64,000 nucleotides of DNA, from contig JAFZGW010000030.1 in NCBI GenBank assembly GCA_017555205.1, forward strand, positions 19,959 to 83,958, written 5' to 3'. Source of the DNA: Akkermansia sp. (lineage in GTDB: Bacteria; Verrucomicrobiota; Verrucomicrobiia; Verrucomicrobiales; Akkermansiaceae). The notes beneath the pieces were generated by a model. The model saw nothing but the letters and a program-made list of their open reading frames with translations. It was not told the origin of the DNA and made no database searches. Numbering within the stretch: the first letter of the stretch is position 1; each line of letters opens with the position of its first letter. The translations under genes and the position numbers were made by a program. Positions 59,609 to 64,000 of the stretch are shown piece after piece.

Positions 59609-61051
59609 TTACGAGGGGTCAATTTCTTCAATAAATCGTGAAAACGGCGTTTGCGCATCGCTGTCACTGCTCTCTGTTTCGGAAGTATCGGCAGCGGGAA
59701 CCGCCTCCTCAATCAGGGGCAACTCTTCATCTATATACTCGGGCACCAAACCATCGTCGGTATTTTGACCGTCTTCGGGCAACAGCCCCGAGCTGCCATT
59801 TCCATACATACGGGCACGTGAGGCACGGGCATCGAGCATTTGCTCATGCAATATAAGTGCGCTGGGGCTGCTTAAGCAGTCGAGCGGTTCACCACGGTAA
59901 TAAAGCTTTGCCGTATAACCGTAATAGCGCCGCGAGCCGTACACATTCTGCTCTTCGCTATTGAGCGGCGGCAGGTTATAGTTCACAATCAGATTTTCCT
60001 CCTGCTGCTCAAAGGTCTGGGTGGCGTTCTCCCACTTAACTTGGGGGGCGTAGCTTTCGGAGAATTCGATTTTACTGTTGTTAATCAGCACAAAGAAGCG
60101 CACGCGGATGAGGATATCTTCCACCCGCACCTCCTCGCCGGGAGCCAGCATAATAGGCAGGCGCATAGTTACACTATCGCCGGTCTGCTCCTCAAACGAG
60201 TGCCGAACAAGCGGTGGCCCGAACGCCAGTTTACCGCGCATGGCGGAGGGCTGTGCCAGCCCGTATGTCAAACGGTGCGAAGCTCGCTCAAAGTATTTAC
60301 CTGCTCGGTCGCGAAGCCGGAACACCTGTGTGTAAAAATCGCGAGCCTTGTCGGGGTTGAGCAGTTTATCGTACGCCATACCATAGTAGTACAGCAAGGC
60401 CGGGTGCTCAGGCGAAAAGGTCCGCCCCTGCTCCAAACAAAGTATACACAGGCGCATGTCACCCGCCACCATGGCGCTCACTGCCTTGCGAATCAATCGG
60501 TCGAGCTCTGCGGCATCATCCGCACTTAATTTGCGACCCTCGGCATCTATCGGTTCCGGCAGGTCGGCGGGTTCAGTCTCATTCTTTTCGGGGCGAGCGG
60601 GAGTGCTGTAGTCAGTTATATCGACCCCGGTTTCCTCCCATACAATCGTGTTGACATCTCGTGGCTGCAAGGGGGGAGGTTCACCACCGGCCGTATCATC
60701 TGCCGGGGGGGCAGATTTCTCACCCGAGGTGGCGCTGATTTCCGCAGCACCACCATCGCGAGCGAGCATCTGTTCCCCGAATGCCTGAGCCTCGACAGCT
60801 GCCATGTAAATTTCGGCCGCGTGCTCCGTACGGGCTGCCGCCACCTCCAACCTACGCACACCCCCTATTCCCAGCACACAGAGTTCAAGTGCAATCACCA
60901 GCCCCAGTCCATACACCACAAAGCGGCGGGAGCTCAGAGCTCTCGCCACCGCACTGACCGCACCGGCAAAGCCACGGCGTGTCGGTCGACAACGCCGCAG
61001 CAATTTAAGCACGTACTCAGTCGCCGGAATCACTGGTTTCGGGAAGCGCAT
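59609..61051 (-). CDS. Membrane-anchored TPR-containing protein
   Basis: N-terminal TM; PEHPALLYYYGMAYDKLLNPDKARDFY; acidic tail. Confidence 0.65.
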   Translation of the reverse strand: MRFPKPVIPATEYVLKLLRRCRPTRRGFAGAVSAVARALSSRRFVVYGLGLVIALELCVLGIGGVRRLEVAAARTEHAAEIYMAAVEAQAFGEQMLARDGGAAEISATSGEKSAPPADDTAGGEPPPLQPRDVNTIVWEETGVDITDYSTPARPEKNETEPADLPEPIDAEGRKLSADDAAELDRLIRKAVSAMVAGDMRLCILCLEQGRTFSPEHPALLYYYGMAYDKLLNPDKARDFYTQVFRLRDRAGKYFERASHRLTYGLAQPSAMRGKLAFGPPLVRHSFEEQTGDSVTMRLPIMLAPGEEVRVEDILIRVRFFVLINNSKIEFSESYAPQVKWENATQTFEQQEENLIVNYNLPPLNSEEQNVYGSRRYYGYTAKLYYRGEPLDCLSSPSALILHEQMLDARASRARMYGNGSSGLLPEDGQNTDDGLVPEYIDEELPLIEEAVPAADTSETESSDSDAQTPFSRFIEEIDPS

Positions 61052-61823
61052 ATTCCGTAATTTCGCCCGTATACTGAGCCAGCAAAGCCTGCATGAACTG
61101 CTCTGCCGGTTCGCCTTTTTCCTTGTTAAAACCGCCGTAGGTCATACCATCGGCCTTCACTTTGCGCCCGTTAACGGTGAGAGTAGCACAGCCTTTGAAC
61201 CCGGCACCCCACTGGCGCAGGTCAATGTGGCTGATATCAGACACGCGGAACTGTTGCCCGGCAACAGTCAGGCAATCCCCACGCAGTTCCATAACCCGAC
61301 TACGAGTACGCAAAGCAAAATACAACAATACACAACCGAGAGCGATGAAAACCCCACCCGCAATCCACTGCTCACGAATAGCCGCCAAATCGTAGGCATG
61401 CTCACCGGGGCTGATGGGCAGATGCAAACGGTTACTGTACGCAGCCCAGCAATCACTCCAACTGCGGCTCATGGCTGCATGATCCAACACCTCGGGCGGG
61501 CAACTCTTCGCAGCCTCGCACTGCTTAGGCAGCGGGAAGCGCAGCTCGCCTTGCACAGCCATCAACTCTTCGCCCACCTGTTCGGCCTGAATAAGAGGAC
61601 GGGATTCCAACTCGGCGCGCCAAGCATCGGCTGTGGACTCCAAAGCCTGCTTGCCCAACTCGGCAAAAGCCATGTAACTGCAAATGGTCTCATTCTTTTT
61701 TCTGTAACCGGTATGGCCATCGTAAAAGAAATAAATAGCAAATCCGAAGAGGGCAGCCATCACTATTCCGAAACGCACAAAGGTATCGGCCGTAGGTTTG
61801 CAGGTAATGTGGGGTTCGCTCAT
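61017..61823 (-). CDS. Hypothetical two-TM membrane protein
   Basis: FGIVMAALFGFAIYFFYDG and WIAGGVFIALGCVLLYFAL; start placed at MSEPH. Confidence 0.7.
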   Translation of the reverse strand: MSEPHITCKPTADTFVRFGIVMAALFGFAIYFFYDGHTGYRKKNETICSYMAFAELGKQALESTADAWRAELESRPLIQAEQVGEELMAVQGELRFPLPKQCEAAKSCPPEVLDHAAMSRSWSDCWAAYSNRLHLPISPGEHAYDLAAIREQWIAGGVFIALGCVLLYFALRTRSRVMELRGDCLTVAGQQFRVSDISHIDLRQWGAGFKGCATLTVNGRKVKADGMTYGGFNKEKGEPAEQFMQALLAQYTGEITEYALPETSDSGD

Positions 61824-62001
61824 GCGGCTATACTTTAGCATATTAACCGGCACTTGCACAGTCAAAAATGCCTACATAGACAGAATATCGCGTCATTCCG
61901 CCCCAAGTCACCCACATTCACACACAATCAAACAGGCAGTTCTTCCGCCGTATGCTCTAATTTTTCTTGAATTCGGGCAAATATATGATATTCTCAACCG
62001 C

Positions 62002-63468
62002 ATGAACAGATTACGAGCACTAAACGCTCTGCTGGCTCTGCTGCTGGTCACGCTGCTGCTGACCGGCTGCGAACGGCAGGAAAGCGAAGCGCTGCCGACC
62101 TATACCGTAGGCATGGAAGCCACCTTCCCTCCCTACGAATTTTACCGTGGCACGGAAATTGTAGGCATCGACGTAGACATACTGAAAGAAATCGGGCGTC
62201 GCAACAAGGTGAGTTTTAAGCTGGAGGACATGGCTTTCGACTCCATCATCACGGCGGTGCAAACCGGCAAGGTGGATTTGGTAGCCTCGGGCCTGACAGT
62301 CACTGAAGACCGCCGCAAGCAAGTGAACTTCACCCGCAGCTACGCCGGCGCCAAACAGGTGATTATCGTTCCCGAAAACTCCAGCGTGAAGGGCGTAGCC
62401 GACCTTTCGAACGTAAGAATCGGTGTACAGCACGGCTCGTCGGGCGACACCTACGTGACCGAGCACATACGCGAGCCGGAGCGCTACACCAACGGAGCAT
62501 TGGCTATATCCGCCATGAATGCCGGTAAGGTTGACGCAGTCGTTCTCGACAACGCCCCCGCCGAAAACCACGTCGCCGGCAGCCACGGTCTCGTCATTCT
62601 GCCCGAACCCGTGGTAGAGGAACAATACGCCATGGCTCTGCGCAAAGGCAACGATAAGCTGCTCAACATGCTCAATATCACGCTCGATGAAATGGATGCA
62701 GACGGCACGCTGGCCGCCATCATCGAGCAACACATGCGCGAAAATAAGCCCGAAATGCAAGAACAGGCAGAGGGGCTCTTCGCCCGATTGGCGGACGATT
62801 TCCAAACTGATTTCATAAAAAACGGACGTTGGCACTACCTGTTGGACGGCCTGCTCGTGACGGTGGAAATAGCCTTGGTTGCTGCATTGATTGGCATTGT
62901 ACTGGGCTTCCTCATTGCGGTGATTCGCAGCACGGCCGATTTGACCGGGCGGCTGCGCCTGCTCGATTGGATTTGCCGAGTATACCTTACCGTCGTGCGC
63001 GGTACACCGATTGTGGTGCAGTTGCTTATCATCTACTTCGTCATCTTCGGCTCGGTAGACATCAGCAAGGTACTGGTAGCCATGGTGGCGTTCGGTCTGA
63101 ACTCCGCCGCCTATGTTGCGGAAATCATCCGCTCGGGTATCATGTCCGTCGACCGGGGGCAAATGGAGGCCGGGCGCAGCCTTGGTATGAGCTACGGCAC
63201 CACCATGCGCTGTGTTATTCTGCCCCAAGCCTTCAAAAATGTGCTACCGGCACTCGGCAATGAGTTTATTGTCTTGCTGAAGGAGACGAGTATCTGTGGT
63301 TACATTGCCCTGCAAGACCTCACGAAAGGCGGCGATATTATACGTAGCCAAACGTACGATGCCTTCCTGCCGCTCTTTGCTGTGGCAGCCATCTACCTGT
63401 GCATGGTAATGCTGCTGAGCCACCTGTTGAAAAAACTCGAACTGAGACTCAAGAAAAATGAAAGATAA
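62002..63468 (+). CDS. Polar amino-acid ABC transporter, substrate-binding/permease fusion
   Basis: Lipobox LLTGC; ATFPPYEF, GIDVD; RGTPIVVQL, AYVAEIIRSGI..V..GQ.EA.RSLG. Confidence 0.93.
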   Translation: MNRLRALNALLALLLVTLLLTGCERQESEALPTYTVGMEATFPPYEFYRGTEIVGIDVDILKEIGRRNKVSFKLEDMAFDSIITAVQTGKVDLVASGLTVTEDRRKQVNFTRSYAGAKQVIIVPENSSVKGVADLSNVRIGVQHGSSGDTYVTEHIREPERYTNGALAISAMNAGKVDAVVLDNAPAENHVAGSHGLVILPEPVVEEQYAMALRKGNDKLLNMLNITLDEMDADGTLAAIIEQHMRENKPEMQEQAEGLFARLADDFQTDFIKNGRWHYLLDGLLVTVEIALVAALIGIVLGFLIAVIRSTADLTGRLRLLDWICRVYLTVVRGTPIVVQLLIIYFVIFGSVDISKVLVAMVAFGLNSAAYVAEIIRSGIMSVDRGQMEAGRSLGMSYGTTMRCVILPQAFKNVLPALGNEFIVLLKETSICGYIALQDLTKGGDIIRSQTYDAFLPLFAVAAIYLCMVMLLSHLLKKLELRLKKNER

Positions 63469-64000
63469 GACCATACTGGAGGTACGCGACCTGAAAAAAA
63501 GCTTCGGTTCACTACAGGTAATAAAGGGAGTTTCACTACAGGTACACAAGGGCGAGGTAGTATTCTTGGTAGGTCCGTCCGGCGCGGGCAAAAGTACTGT
63601 ACTGCGCTGCATGAACTTCCTTGAGACGCCGGATAGCGGTCAGGTTCTCTTTCACGACAAGGAACCGGAGCGCTCGGATAAAGGGCTCAACAGCTACCGC
63701 TGCCGTGTGGGTATGGTGTTCCAGCACTTCAACCTATTCCCCCATCTCAATATAGTCGAAAACATCACCCTCGCGCCGGTAAAGAGCGGCCAAATGACTG
63801 CCGAGCAAGCCCGTAAAATCGCCTTGGAATTGCTGGAGCGTATCGGCCTGGCAGATAAAGCGAGCGCCTACCCCGCCCAGCTTTCCGGTGGGCAGAAACA
63901 ACGCGTAGCCATTGTGCGCGCCCTCGCCATGAACCCCGAGGTGCTGCTCTTCGACGAACCGACCTCGGCTCTCGACCCCGAAATGGTAGGTGAAGTTCAG
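63458..64000 (+). CDS. Amino-acid ABC transporter ATPase (GlnQ-like), 3'-truncated by the window edge
   Basis: My own translation: [17 protein letters not shown]...GPSGAGKST...[12 protein letters not shown]...[15 protein letters not shown]...[13 protein letters not shown]. Confidence 0.93.
   Translation, partial: MKDKTILEVRDLKKSFGSLQVIKGVSLQVHKGEVVFLVGPSGAGKSTVLRCMNFLETPDSGQVLFHDKEPERSDKGLNSYRCRVGMVFQHFNLFPHLNIVENITLAPVKSGQMTAEQARKIALELLERIGLADKASAYPAQLSGGQKQRVAIVRALAMNPEVLLFDEPTSALDPEMVGEVQ

Noticed and set aside
62002-63468. Substrate-binding/permease fusion as a novelty
   Set aside because: A well-known architecture among GlnP-type transporters.

Overview
A gene-dense chromosomal window of moderately high GC (judged by eye). 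Gene content and style suggest an Akkermansia-like member of the Verrucomicrobiota; this is an inference, as no taxonomic search was run. I saw no integrase, transposase, prophage, rRNA or CRISPR array. The housekeeping backbone is xseA, a Dus enzyme, purB, pdxH, tRNA-Glu(CTC), rnhB-yraN, trxA, metK, rnz, miaA, ppdK, guaA, der and a polar amino-acid ABC transporter. Accessory modules: two L,D-transpeptidases; a pair of paralogous Cys-His-Asp lipoproteins; a type III R-M locus whose Res nuclease motif looks destroyed; an OprB porin / O-antigen-ligase-like / Pro-rich repeat trio; a tandem-PIN plus ankyrin protein; a sialidase-MFS-2xKelch module; two coupled U32-like paralogs joined to metK; four zinc-ribbon DUF805 paralogs (two with GYF_2); a pseudokinase-SEL1-ankyrin membrane protein; and a pseudokinase-FGE operon upstream of der. 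Best candidates for an undescribed system: the U32-like pair plus metK (31089-34277), the tandem-PIN/ankyrin protein and the nuclease-dead type III R-M. Two window-wide patterns: many intact ORFs with disabled catalytic motifs, and many sigma70-type promoters whose -10 box lies 6-9 nt before the ATG (leaderless mRNAs). All family calls come from motifs recognised by eye, not from database searches.
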